64,000 nucleotides of DNA from Octopus vulgaris (GCA_951406725.2 OX597819.1:109926001-109990000), one strand, 5' to 3'. Counted from the stretch's first letter, positions 13,207 through 26,956 are shown. A program made the numbers and translations. The notes: generated from the sequence alone by a model not told the origin.

Positions 13207-14075
13207 ACATACGCTCACATATATATACACATATGGAGGGACCTATTGTGTGTGTACATTTTCATAAACATTCATACATACATGTACTGTGTGATCTTGA
13301 AAATGAGAAAGAAAGAAAGAAAGGGAAAAAAGATATAAAAATATAAAGAAAATGTGTCCATTCTTCACTTGGCAGACCCTTGGGTTTCTAAAAGAACAGG
13401 TGGTTGACCTTTCAATGTTTGATATACATACACCTAAACACATATCAATATGTGTACACACATGTGGGTGTGTGTGCGTTTATTAACGCACACACACCCA
13501 CAAACAGACACACATCACTATCTCAAGGATGAAAGGCAAAGTCGACCTCGGTGTAATTTGAACTCAGAACGTAGTGGCGGACGAAATACCGCTAAACATT
13601 TCGCCCGGCGTGCTAACGTTTCTGCCAGCTCGCTGCTTCAATATATACATTAATTCTTTTACTAGTTTCAGACATTTCCTCATGGCTACGCTATAATACC
13701 GCCTTCAGGAGTATAAGTCAATTATGTTGACGCCAGTACTTAACCTGTTATTAATTTTATTGATCTCATTATATTTACGTATCGAGGCAGCGAGCTGGCA
13801 GAAACGTTAGCATGCCGGGAAAAATGCTTACCGGCATTTCGTCTGTCTTTATATTCGGAGGTCAAATTCCGCTAAGGTCGACTTTGCCTTTCATCCTTTC
13901 GGGCTCGATAAATTAAATACCAGTTGCGTACTGAGGTCGATCTAATCGACTGCTCCCTCCCCCCGAATTTCAGGCCTTGTTCCTATGGTAGAAAGGATTA
14001 TGTTTACTTATCAAAATATTGAATTCATAAATGATTTCTAAGGGATTTTGGATTCCTTTTGTACAATCTATTTAG

Positions 14076-14249
14076 AATGACAGTTGGGGAATAATAGAGG
14101 AAATTATGTCATCAACTTCAATAGAGGTCGAACCGAAAAACTTTTACCAAGAAAAAGCGGAGTGTATGACATACTTACGGAAAATCATCGTGGAAAAAAT
14201 ATTGGCGAATGGAAATGTTGACCTAGCTGAAATGAAACGCTTACATTCG
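14076..14249 (+). CDS. BCR/ABR-like exon, DH domain start (NDSWG...LRKIIVEKILANGNVDLAEMKRLHS)
   Basis: tttag| acceptor, |gtaaga donor, 174 nt, phase 0-0, open; resembles BCR MRKWVLSGILASEETYLSHLEAL. Confidence 0.75.
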
Positions 14250-14494
14250 GTAAGACGAGCTCTTATTAAATAGAATGACCAAATTTATATCTTGCATTAT
14301 GTACTCGCGTGTGCGCGCACACACACACACACATACGCATGCTCACATACACGCATTCGAACATATGCACATATGTACAAACACATATACTTCTCTCTCT
14401 CTCTCTCTCTATCTGCCTGCCTGTCTGTCTGTTTCTTTGTCTGTTTTTCTGTCTGCCTGCATGTATGTATGCATCTATCTATCTATATATCTTC

Positions 14495-14563
<69 letters not shown>

Positions 14564-14566
14564 AAT

Positions 14567-14598
<32 letters not shown>

Positions 14599-14628
14599 AT
14601 ATGTATACACACTCACCTCTTATATATG

Positions 14629-14681
<53 letters not shown>

Positions 14682-14850
14682 TCAGTCACTGCATTTCCCA
14701 CCCCATACTCTGTGCACCCATGTGAAATCTCCATTCCCTAGTCACGCTTCTTTGGCAATACCGCACACCTTATATTTTGACCTCTGTACCATATATTTAT
14801 ATATGACGTTGGTAGTACAATCAATTGTATTCCCTCTCCTATATTTCTAG

Positions 14851-15030
14851 TGCAGAGATATATTCGAAGAGAGTGTAATTTTGAGCTCGCTGGATTTGCT
14901 AAAAGTTGACAATATGTTTTCGCTAATTCCGAAACTAATAAAGTCGATGATATACTTCTTAGCTGAATTGAATGCAGAGTTGAAGAACTGGTCAGAACAT
15001 TCTTGTCTGTCTGGTGCGTACAGCAGTATT
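14851..15030 (+). CDS. BCR/ABR-like exon, DH domain (CRDIFEES...VDNMFSLIPKLIKSMIYFLAELNAELKNWSEHSCLSGAYSSI)
   Basis: ttctag| acceptor, |gtaagt donor, 180 nt, phase 0-0, open; DH pattern IF..I..L....FL..L...L..W. Confidence 0.8.
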
Positions 15031-16389
15031 GTAAGTATGAATATTTGTCATTTGGCATATACACTTGCACATACTAAAGTACTGACGTTTTGTTTTTAAC
15101 CCTTGGTTAATAATAGGAGCAAGAGCGGCACTTATGTAGGGTCATACTAACATCATTGGCTGTCCCTGAGCAAAGTAATGTGCTAGGATCTTTAGAAGAA
15201 TCTATTGACAGCAAGCCACAGCATTAATTGATTAGCAATGGGCTCTTACACATGGATAACACTGGAGTTACCATATCTTTGCATTCGTAACTTTTAGGGC
15301 CCTTAGAAACTGTCAGAAGGATGGTATTATGTTACAAACTGGAGAGCTGACTAACATGCTTGCAATAAAGTGCAGTTCGTTAAAAGTAACTGAGGGTCAA
15401 GTGGCGGTGGTGTTAAATCAAGTGGCAAATTTAGTCTATCACACAAAGCCAAGTACCGTCCATTCTAACTTACAGATGACTAAGAGCTTTCCGTCAACCG
15501 AATTTCTCCTACAAGACTTGACTGAGACTCTCTTAGAACAGACTTTGTCCAATTTACTAATAAGCAGGATGGAGCGAGAACTACCTGATCGCGGCGCGAA
15601 CCTGTTAATCATACGTCAATTACCTGTTAATGTTCAAGAGACAAATTTGAGAAAGGATTTAAGAAGCAAAAGCATTTAAGAAGGAAATGTGTGTTTGTAG
15701 CTCTCCAGATCGTAGCTGATCCTCTAATTATCATGTAATCTCTTAGATTAGCCTACTCTCCAGTAAATTAATTAAAACAGAGATTGTTTGGACTATCAGC
15801 ATTATCTTAGATATTTTAATTTGATGTGCTACACTTTTATCGATATATTGCATACATATATACATACATGTACTTATGCATACATACACGCATACATACT
15901 TACGTACACACACACACACTTATACACACACACACACGCACAAGCACATACACCCACATACACAACCCCTCCACACAGGCGCACATTTATTCCAGCATCC
16001 TGTTTTAAGAGTTCCTGCAGGGATGATGAAAGACTGATTTACCTTTAATTCTTCCGACAACGATGTAAAAGACCATACCAAGGCGATGGTGGTGGAACAG
16101 TTTGATCATTTGGAAGTATATTCCAAAAATATCTGAACAATGTTAAAAATTATAAGCATGAATTCGTCAGTCACAGAACACATGACCATCTGATTGAAGA
16201 AAGCATAATTTTCGTCTCTCGGAAATTATCATTCTGTTAAAGACTTTTGCTAGGTTGAATAAGAATTGGAAGCAGGTGCATTCCGTCAAATATTTCCAAT
16301 ACCATTTATTGAGGAATTTCCAGCCAAAAATCGGTTAAAACAATTTATTCGCTGCATAATGGATGTTCAATAGTCAGAAAGCAAAAGTC

Positions 16390-16880
16390 TGTGTTAGGTT
16401 AAGATAACCAGGAAACCATTAGAAAGAATATCAAACATACTAGGATCAAGAAATATTAATATCGAAACCGGAAAAATATTAAAGTGTTGCGTGTGGTTTA
16501 CTTTATTGTATGGAGTTGAAATAAAGACATTGACAACAATATTAGTTTCAATTTTTGGCGCAAGGCCAGCAATCTCGTGGCGAGGGCAAGTCGATTATAT
16601 CGACCCCAGTAATCAACTAGTAGTGATTTTATCAACCCTGAAGGAATATTAGGCAAAGTAGACCTCGGCAGAATTTGAACTCAGAACGTAAAGACGGACG
16701 TAGTGCTGCTAAGTATTATATTGGTCGTGCTAACGATTCTGTCAGTTCGTCGCTTTCGCATAAACAACTGTATTGCCAAATAGATTAGAAGTCTTTGAGA
16801 TGTGGGCATATAAAAGACTTTGGAGAATATCATGGATAGAATTTTAACAATTAAAAATTTTAAAATGCCCCTCCATCGCA
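16390..16880 (+). mobile_element. Decayed RTE-clade LINE fragment interrupted by a SINE A copy (about 16548-16755, minus)
   Basis: Peptides LKCCVWFTLLYGVE and NRLEVFEMWAYKRLWRISW on either side of the SINE match RTE post-RT motifs. Confidence 0.65.
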
Positions 16881-17125
16881 TATACTGTATTATATTGGTG
16901 TTGAATCATCAAGAAGCAGTATACTATAGAAGCCAGAATATATCAGGAAACTATCCTTTTATAAGAATTCGACTGAATGTATAAAAATGCCAGTTTCCCG
17001 CTCGCCGGCTCTCTCTTCATATACATACATACATGTATGCATGCATACATACATACATACATACATATATACATACATACATACATACATACATACATAC
17101 ACACATACACACATGTCATACTTCT

Positions 17126-17728
17126 TATTTCTTTACTGTCCACAAGGGGCTACACACAGAAGGGACAAACAAGGACAGACAAACGGATTAAGTCGATGGT
17201 ATCGACCCCAGTGCGTAACTGGTACTTATTTAATCGACCCCGAAAGGATGAAAGGCAAAAGTCGACCTCGGCGAAATTTGAACTCAGAACGTAGCGGCGG
17301 ACGAAATACCTATTTCTTTACTACCCACAAGAGGCTAAACACAGAGGGGACAAATAAGGACAGAGAAACGGATTAAGTCGATTACATCGACCCCAGTGGG
17401 TAACTGGCACTTAATTTATCGACCCCAAAAGGATGAAAGGCAAAGTCAACCTCGGCGGAATTTGAACTCACAACGTAACGACAGACGAAATACCCATTTC
17501 TTTACTACCCACAAGAGGCTAAACACAGAGGGGACAAACAAGGACAGAGAAACGGATTAAGTCGATTATATCGACTCCAGTGGGTAACTGGTACTTAATT
17601 TATCGACCCCGCGAAAGGATGAAAGGCAAAATCGACCTCGGCGGAATTTGAACTCACAACGTAACGGCAGACGAAATACCACTAAGCATTTCGCCCGGCA
17701 TGCTATCGTTTCTGCCAGCTTGCCACCT
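17126..17728 (-). mobile_element. SINE family A concatemer: one head plus three units of about 185 bp
   Basis: Units 17126-17310, 17311-17494 and 17495-17680 are near-identical direct repeats; head GGCAAGCTGGCAGAAACG at the right end. Confidence 0.9.
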
Positions 17729-17742
17729 TATGTCATATTTCT

Positions 17743-18410
17743 GTGGAAGACATCACGCATGTGATTAGCAGCTCTCCTAAAATGTCGTCACGGTACTACC
17801 TCCCTATGCGGCACGATGTTCTTGCTAAAACAATTTACAATGCCATCCGCAAAAAAGACTGTCCTGAAATAAACTTAGAAAATCCTTCCGCTATGGAATA
17901 CATTCATAAGCACCAACTCAAGGAATACTAGCGGAATATTCCCATCAAAATGTCTGTCAAATATTAACATGACTTGCCGGATATTGTTGCTTGGGACAGA
18001 TGGGCAAAAGTATGTACCGTCATAGAGGTTAGCTGCCCTCCAGATATAAATATCTCTTTGAAAATCAAAGAAAAAGAGGATAACTATGGAGAACTGCTTC
18101 GAAACCTCCAGCTTCTATATCCGGACTATGAATTCATATTCATACCAATAATATTTGAAGTACTAGGTTTTGTTAGTAAATGCTTAAAGGAGAATTCGGA
18201 TAAACTGGGATTTTCAGAAAGCGAAATCGACTGTCTAATTCGTAAATTACAAGTGCAATCTGTGAGTGGAACAGTGAAAATATGCAAGACTTTTCTCAAG
18301 TTCCAAACGTGAATCTGTCTGTGTTAACTACGTCTCAAGGATGGAGCCTTGTATATTTGTTGGAAACCGGCTCCCGCCTCAGTGGAAGATTTCTAATAAT
18401 TAAAAAAATA
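17743..18410 (+). mobile_element. 5'-truncated R4/Dong-clade non-LTR retrotransposon (restriction-like endonuclease C-terminus plus 3' UTR), decayed
   Basis: HVISS..KMSSRYYLPMRHD, PDIVAWD..CTVIEVSCP..N...K..Y (RHD and PD-(D/E)xK RLE motifs), with in-frame stops; 3' UTR shared with 61560-61630. Confidence 0.85.
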
Positions 18411-18414
18411 GAGG

Positions 18415-18712
18415 ATGTATACTGGCACTCCAGTTGATCCGGGCAACGGGGCAGCCTGCTCGTGAATATCCCGTGCAAGTGACTGAGCACTCTACAAACA
18501 CTTGTACCCTTAATATAGGGAGATTCAACATGACACAAAATGTGTTAAGGCTGGCCCTTTCAATTACCGGTGCAGCTCCTCTTTTGCCAGCTGAGCGCAC
18601 TGGAGTAACGTGAAATAAAGTGTCATGTTGAAGGATACAAAGCATCACCGGGAACCGAACTCATGACCTTATGATTGTGAGCCGAATATCCTAACCGCTA
18701 AGCCATGCGCCT
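18415..18712 (-). mobile_element. tRNA-derived SINE family D (TTGTGTCCTTGAGCAAGACACTTTATTTCACGTTGCTCCAG-type core)
   Basis: Head GGCGCATGGCTTAGCGGTTAGG...GAGTTCGG; related copies near 19995-20270, 40025-40262 and 45550-45853 (all minus). Confidence 0.75.
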
Positions 18713-18780
18713 TTACTACATACAAGCATGCATACATACATACATACATACATACATACATACATACATACATACATACA

Positions 18781-18811
<31 letters not shown>

Positions 18812-18817
18812 TTATAG

Positions 18818-18865
<48 letters not shown>

Positions 18866-19142
18866 ACTTCTCTATACATTATAAAGATCTCTATATAGCT
18901 ATAGAGATCTTGTATGCTATTCCTACTTATCGATTGCATGTTGTTTCCATGGCCATTGTCAACGTCACACCCGTTTTTCTCATCTCCAGCTGTCGAACGT
19001 ACCTTTATTTTATGAATACAATAGCATCATAGCCATCGTATTGAACATACTGCAGGGTAATGAAGGGATTGAGTCCTACAACGCTACAATGAAGAAGGTA
19101 ATATATAATATTATATAAGACACACAAACACACGTACACACA

Positions 19143-19175
<33 letters not shown>

Positions 19176-19249
19176 TTCAAATAAACGAATAAAGTTAACG
19201 GACAAGAAGAGGATGTGCACAAGAAATGTATTAGATTGAAAAGAGAGAG

Positions 19250-19283
19250 TTTGACGTTTCGAGCATTGGCTCTTCGTCGGATG
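19250..19283 (-). ncRNA. Minimal hammerhead-like motif (CCGACGA core variant) in a Penelope-type pLTR fragment
   Basis: CCGACGA-A-GAGC(CAAU)GCUC-GAAA-CG-UC|AAA; same family as 50182-50219. Confidence 0.6.
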
Positions 19284-19332
19284 GGAGAAAGGGAACAGTA
19301 CAAAGAAGGAAAAGAAATCTCCAGTAGCACGT

Positions 19333-19463
19333 GGTTCCATGCTACTTCAAGTTTCGCAGCCCCCTAACGGGAACCCGACACCGCCAGGCTTTTGGAATGA
19401 CGAGAAGCCTGCAGGAGTCGGGCTACCGTTAGGGACCTGCGAAACTTGAAGTAACACGGAACC
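19333..19463. repeat. Imperfect GC-rich palindrome (fold-back element) of about 130 bp
   Basis: GGTTCCATGCTACTTCAAGTTTCGCAG...CTGCGAAACTTGAAGTAACACGGAACC; right arm and flank recur at about 44384-44432. Confidence 0.8.
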
Positions 19464-19486
19464 GAATCAAACTGTTTTAGATAATA

Positions 19487-19871
19487 CTAGCAGTATCGCC
19501 CGGCGTTGCTCGGGTTTGTAAGGGAAATAACTATATAAGCATTATTAGAGAGTTATAGCCAAAAAATAGCAAAAAAATGGAAAAAATTGATGGTAAATTT
19601 TTTTAAATCGTTGACTCATCGTAGACATTTTTAGAGAGTTACTTCCCTTATATAATTGCGAAAAAAATGCATTAAAATGGAAAAAAATGATGGTAATCTT
19701 TTTTAAAAATCGTAGACTCATCGTAGACGCGCGCTAATACCCAGAAGGGCTCGATATGAATCCCGACTATAAGATACCCGGTTTTGGTTAAACTGCACCG
19801 TAAAATGTGAGAGTAGTTAGGAATCTAAATCGTAGGAGACAGACACACAACCTTACTTTTATATATAAAGA
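19487..19871 (-). mobile_element. Non-autonomous Helitron (same family as 11071-11362, with an internal duplication)
   Basis: A|TC...CTAG|T insertion into an AT dinucleotide; subterminal hairpin. Confidence 0.88.
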
Positions 19872-19928
19872 TATGTAATTCCTACTAAATGTGTTAAGTG
19901 CCCTTTGTTTTCGTTTGTCCACTCCCTC

Positions 19929-19994
<66 letters not shown>

Positions 19995-20269
19995 GTATGG
20001 ACTCTGCTGTCGAAGGCGACGTATGAGTGTACAGCTTTTGCCGAACGACCTGCACAAATTATTTGTTTATAGTGATCAAATGCATGTACAACACATTTGC
20101 TCATTCTCTCCATCAAATCGACGTTATCTGAACACGTGCATGGTGTCGAAGTGATCGCAGTGCAACGTGAGATGAAGTGTTTTGCTCAAGAACGCAACGC
20201 GCCTACCGCTCTAGGAACTGAAATCACGATCTAGCAATCGTGAGTGCAACACCCTAAACACTAAGCCAG

Positions 20270-20370
<101 letters not shown>

Positions 20371-20546
20371 GCTAGGCTAGCTAGCTAGCTAGCTAGCTAG
20401 CTAGCTATCTATCGTTTTTGTATTTGGTTTTGTTTTGCAAGATTCTTTATGTGAATTCGTGTGTTGAAGCATATTTTGTTGCGTCTGAGGAGAGTCAATC
20501 TGTTTTAATGCCTTCAAATTAACACACAATCACCTGTTCTATTTCC

Positions 20547-20666
20547 ATTCATTTACTTGTTAATCTTTTCTAAAATTTTCGTTGCTTCTTGCAGCCTCTT
20601 CATTAGTCGAGTGTTGAAGAGATTACAAGAAACAACGAAAGTTTTAGGAAAAATTAGTAAATGAAT
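20547..20666. repeat. Imperfect inverted repeat (hairpin) of about 120 bp
   Basis: ATTCATTTACT..TAAAATTTTCGTTGCTTCTTGCAGCCTCTTCA / TGAAGAGATTACAAGAAACAACGAAAGTTTTAG..AGTAAATGAAT. Confidence 0.75.
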
Positions 20667-20725
20667 ATGTTAATTAATAACACACGCACAAATACACACA
20701 TACATATATACATACATACATAAAT

Positions 20726-20756
<31 letters not shown>

Positions 20757-20812
20757 CACACACACATATATATGTGTATATATATGTATATATATATATA
20801 CACATACATATG

Positions 20813-20858
<46 letters not shown>

Positions 20859-23105
20859 TATTGCTATAAATATATAAATTGTACTTTAGAGAGTATTTTA
20901 CCTTCTACGCATCGTCCTGTGAGGTAATTAGTCGTATAGTAATATAGCTAATTCTAATAATAGGTTATCTAATTACATAGGTTATCTAATTACAGTCTAT
21001 TATTACTATTCCAGTTTGAAACAAATTTATTTTAAGTGCTCCGTTATATTTCTCCGCCATCATTAATTCTCCACTAACCTTTCTCTAACCTCCATAGTTC
21101 TGTTAGGTCAGAATTTCGAACGGAGCGATTAGAAGATATCATCAACTCAATACTTGATTGATACTTTTTATTTATCGATTTCATAGGCAGGAAAAGCAAA
21201 GATGACGTTGGTGGAACTTGAACTCAGAACTAAAAAGCCAGAAGGCAAAACATTGTTGCTGATGGTTTAATGATTCTGTCAATCTGCCAAGCCAGAGTTA
21301 ATCATTATCTTATGATGTCCTAACGTGCGTACATCGAACGATTAAGGGTTCATAAGGTGGTCGTTTGCCCTACTACAAATAGCAACCAATTGCCCTCGAT
21401 TACAGTCTACCATCTTAAACAAAACAGGATGGTCACAGCTGGGACGTATTTAATGAATTAACGCTTTAAAAGCGACACCAAATAGTACTAAATGAAGACA
21501 CCTCCTAGTCTTGCCCAGAATGAGCCACATACGAATCTGAAGTCCCAGTGCAAGATCGATGGTCATTTCCTGTCTCTCTTTGTTCACCACCACCATTAAC
21601 CCTTGATGCTTGAATGTTTACTAGCTCCTGAAAATTGTTGTTCTTCATATTATTGTTGTTTAGCCCCAAGTGAGCCTCAATCAAGCAACAGTTATACTCA
21701 AAGCTGTTCCTTCCCCTGTTTTCTCAAAATTATGTAAATCTTGGACTACATACTATGTAGTGCCCTAAATTTTAATTTTAACATCCAAGTAAACTAAGAG
21801 AGAGAGAGAGAGAGAGAGACGGAGGGAGGGGGGAGGGAATGGGAGACCCATGATCTTACAGACGGAGTCATCTAGGACAACTAAATCTAGTGTGTACTTA
21901 CTTATAATTGCTGTAGTTACACCCCAAGATAAAACAGGTCAGGCTAGACCTATAGCCGGAAGTGTTACATCCCTTAGAATCAAATCACTTTTCTAGAAAA
22001 GCATTGCGTATCAAAAATTACATATGTGTTTATCCTTATTTCTGCCCTTATAAATCATCCATTGTCCCCCAGCTACTATTGCACCTATGCTCGTCGAGAA
22101 TACGCATCATGACTTATATTATGCATTTATACATGCGTGTATATGTATATATATATACATATATATATGTGTGTGTATGTGTGTGTGTCTATGTATGTAT
22201 GTATAAATGTATATATATACACACACACACACATATATATATATACATATATATATATAAAAACATACACACATACATAATTAGAAACACACACACACAC
22301 GTTACACATTAGGAGTTGCTGAAACATTCCTGGCTTTGGGTAAAAGAAAACACAGGAGGATCAGTTAATTATGCTATTAATCAACCTTCAGACAAAAACA
22401 TGCATACAGAAAAATACATACATATGTACACACACACATACACAAACACACACATATATTTGTATTTCGGGATCATTTTTTTTTCAATACTCAATTTCAC
22501 ATCAGGATCTTGCAAAACACATTCCTAAGCGTATATATGCATATATATATTCTGTTAAATTAGGTACTTAAATTGAGGCACCTTGTTACGACGAGCTAAT
22601 TTGCACACTCTCGCAATATCAAGTGAGTTTCAAACGCTACGCAGATTTTTACCCCCTGATATTCTTGCAGCGTATGCAGATCGTACGATCTAATTTAATG
22701 AATAAATCCGTTCTTGTTCAGACACACATATATATATTTTACCCCTCTGCAAAGGAATTTTATTTAATTCTTTCGCAGGAAGGATTAGTTCGACGAGACG
22801 TGTTCTGTCCTCACCTTCGAAACACGCTGGAGTTGAACTAGGGACTGCTGATGATTGGGATTTTTCGTTGTGTAGTTCTCTTGTACTCTGTTTTTTTCGT
22901 TGTTAAAGGAATGGTCCGTTCCATGCTGTTTTTACGTTTTCGTTTCTCGTTGAGTTATACGTCTATTTGTGGTGTCCTGTACACACGTATATATATTTAT
23001 ATATGCATGTATATATACATGTAGATGTAGGTACGTACTTATATGTTTGTATCTATGCATATATTTTATTTATTACACTATTATATATATATATATATAT
23101 ATTCA

Positions 23106-23204
<99 letters not shown>

Positions 23205-23801
23205 CAAATAAGTAACAAGTCCAGGGATCAGTGCATTACGGCCGTTTTAAGCGACTCGATTTAAATTTACATCAATTTGAAGTAAAGCGCTCCCTTCGGA
23301 TGCGGGCGATCATATAGATTTTCAACGTAAAGGAAAAAAACGAATTTAGGGAAAAAATGTATACCTAAAACCTACTACAATTTAGGGTGGCAGAGGAAAA
23401 TAATGGGGGTCAAAAAAGAGGAATGGTGATATAGATACATTTATATTTGTCTTTATGACATTCATAAAACTTAATGCAGTCTGCTGTCTACAACACCTTA
23501 GAATTAAATCCATTGGGAACTGCCAGTTAAGGTCTTGTTTGTGGTGATAAATTAATTAATGTCAGATATTCTCCCCAGCTCCTATTTTACCGGGTCCATA
23601 CATCCAGCCTTGTTACTTATTTGCTTTTTATTCACCTAACTTTGGCCTGCGCGGATTATACCGAACTGGCTTGGTGCCTCGATTTAATTACCTAATTCAA
23701 CTGAACCTTAATAATTTAATTATATATGTAGTTATGGTGATGCAAATAGGTAAAATAGAACTCAAAAGATGATTATTTGTATATTTTTATTAGTATATAG
23801 C

Positions 23802-23896
23802 AGAAGCAACAGAGTTATTCAAGGTCCCAGAGTTTCGTCCGTTTGATAAGTGCTAGCACACGAAACTCTCGAACCTTGTGTCACTCTGTTGCTTCT
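23802..23896. repeat. Imperfect hairpin of about 95 bp
   Basis: AGAAGCAACAGAGT..CAAGGT..GAGTTTCGT / ACGAAACTC..ACCTTG..ACTCTGTTGCTTCT. Confidence 0.75.
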
Positions 23897-24261
23897 CTAA
23901 ATATTAACCTTACTACAGTCCTTATAGTAAGAAAAGGGCCTGGGGGATTATGCTTGACAACAATAACAACATCAATGAAAACTACTAATCGAAGGGTCCT
24001 CTCAACGAGGTGACGAAAAACCTTTCGCATGGTCACTATCCATGCTCGAAATAACAGCTAAATATTTCTCAGTTTACATCTTTGTATCTATGGTGCTAGA
24101 TGCTGCATATCTGAATAAAATACAGATTAGTCACAGCTAGATTAGTCACAGTTGGATTGCCTTTTGTCATAGGTTGCTGCAACAGGGATGACCTGGGGCT
24201 AAACAACGATATCCCTCATCACCACCAGCAACAACTACAACTCATTTTCCTCTATCGCCAG

Positions 24262-24292
24262 GTGATGCCAGAGATTGAGACTGCATTTACCG
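24262..24292 (+). CDS. BCR/ABR-like micro-exon (VMPEIETAFT)
   Basis: ttttcctctatcgccag| acceptor, CG|gtaagt donor, 31 nt, phase 0-1; only this frame is open. Confidence 0.7.
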
Positions 24293-25843
24293 GTAAGTAT
24301 TTATCTCTTTCTTCCATATTCATCAACTTGTAACGGTATCTTTACACACACACATACACACACACACACACACACGCACACACATACAGAGATAGACATA
24401 CACACAAATGCACACACACACACACAAACACAAAAACAAACGTACACAAGCAAACACACATAAATGCAAACATTTAGTTGCTGCTCTGTTTAGAATTGTT
24501 GAGGATTGTTTTAGTGGCTGCATGGAAAGAAAAAAGAAGCCACAGCTTGGGCCAAAAGAACGCAGACAAAGCAAAATTGTCGGAAGATGTCGAAATTATT
24601 ATGACCTTCAGTTGACAATTCTTGCAAGGATTGTCTCACAGTGCTAGTTGCACGTAATAAATACATGCATGCAACCATTCATACCTACCTACCTACCTGC
24701 CTACCTACCTACCTACCTACCTACCTGCCTACCTACCTACCTACCTACCTACCTACCTACATACATACATACAAGTCCACTAGGATTTTCCTTTTTTTCT
24801 CGGCTTTAGCATTTCTCGCACGTCTGTCTACCATATCCAATTACTGTTCTGTTGGCCTCCCTAAGCCCAACGTTAGCTAGATAAGACATTAAATAATTCA
24901 TCTATAAAGCTACGACATCTCACTTTTACTAGGAGTACCATGCACTCCAGTCGTTTTGTCTCGTCCAATTCCTTAAGTTTTTCATAATTTAGGCCCTTCT
25001 TTCGCTGCTCTCATGCCATATTACTTTCCCAAAGAGCCTTCAACTCAAAAACCAAAGCGTCTTTACACGCAAGCAATCTATCTTTGTTTCGAATCTTCCA
25101 TGAAAACATGTATTGTTTTGCTTCTGAAACAGGTGAACGGTGACGACAGGAATGGCATTCAGCTGGAAAAATATTTGCCTCACCAAATGTCGTCCAACCC
25201 ATGCAAACATGGAAAACTGGACATTAAACGGCAAAGACAATAAATTAACTATAATACAACTATACATATTCAGGCTGTTATGGTTTTATGTTAGAAGTAC
25301 ATGATATTTAGTTCATAGGCATTTTACTGCACGATATTTATTACAATCATCCGACCTGGCTGAAAAACAGAAAAACCATGGCGGTTACTCAGTGTGATCT
25401 CGTAAGAGACGGAATTACAAGAGAACAAAAATGAAAGCAAATTCATTTGTTCATGTCAGCGTTTATATCTCCACCGCCGGACTTGAAATTGTTTAACTGC
25501 TAATTACTGGGTAGACTCATAAGTTTCATTCTTTACATGCGTGATTTTTGGTTTACTAATCTAACTCTTTTTTTTTTTTTTTTTTACCTTCTGTTGAATT
25601 GCAAATACGATAACTGTATTATCAACTAATGTTTTATTTCTTATCGAGTTTTTTTATGTTCTCTATTATTGCAATGTTCTGTAATGGCGCCTTGTTGTAA
25701 ATGCATGATCAACAGACCGATGCCAAAATATATGTATGTGTGTGTGTGTCTCTGTACGTACACATACACACGCACGCACAGATATAGACATCTATATAAG
25801 TATATACATATGTATATATATAATTATATATATACACACACAC

Positions 25844-25892
<49 letters not shown>

Positions 25893-25969
25893 CAAAGAGA
25901 GAGAATGAGTGAGAGTGAGAGCATATATATTGAGAAAGACAGGTGGGCATATACTTATGTATATGTATG

Positions 25970-26007
<38 letters not shown>

Positions 26008-26129
26008 AAAGTATGTATGTGTGTCTTTCGTTTTGTGTGCTATGATGCACTGTAATGGCTCGGTCTTCTGCAAACATATGCTCAAATGATTAGAACGCAC
26101 GTGTAAGAACACACACACAGACACACACT

Positions 26130-26177
<48 letters not shown>

Positions 26178-26914
26178 TCTCCAAACATGTGTACGTATAT
26201 ATGTGTGTAAGTATAAAAACTTATATACATATATAAATGTAGATATCTCTTCCTCTAACCGCCTCCGCTCGCCTCTCTCCCCCTCACACCTACTTCCTCC
26301 CACCCACCTCTCCTCTCTTGCTCCGAATGCTACTTCTCTTTACTCCTACTCTCCTTTTCTCTCTTCTCTTCACTCCTAGCCACCTTCTCCTTCCCCCTTC
26401 ATCGTCACCCTCCCTCGTAACCCCACCCCACCCCTACACATTCCAACTCCATCTTCCCTATCCTTCCCATCCAATCCCACCTCACCCAACCCCATCCATT
26501 ACACCCACTCCCACATACCCCACCTCTACCCTCACCCTCTACCTACCTGCATACCCCACCTCTACCCACCTTCAGCCTAACCAACACCCCACACTTGCTT
26601 TCCCCAATTTCACCTCCCCCACCTCCCAACACCATCTCACCACACCACATACCACTACACCATACACCACCATACCACACAATACATCACATCACACCAC
26701 CACGCACACACTAGCACTGACCACTTCCCAGCCCTATTCCACACGCCCATAATACTCTCTTATACACACGCACGCACACGTTCGTTTTGGAATCACCACT
26801 ACTTTGTTATATCCCCTTTCTAGCTCTCCTGTGTGACCCTTCTGTCCGGCATTCGCCATGATAGATCGCTAACCACTACACATTCTTTATTTTCTCTCCT
26901 TGTTTCTTTCTATG

Positions 26915-26956
26915 GTCATTTCTGTGGGAACAGCGTAGGCTCGAAACGTTAAAGAC
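26915..26956 (+). ncRNA. Degenerate hammerhead-like motif in a Penelope-type pLTR fragment (about 26830-27045)
   Basis: ...AGC(GUAG)GCUC-GAAA-CG-UU|AAAGAC; 5' core degraded; same family as 36515-36552. Confidence 0.4.

Noticed and set aside
26230-26752. Pro/Thr/His-rich 144-aa ORF
   Set aside because: C-rich low-complexity tract with no ATG start.
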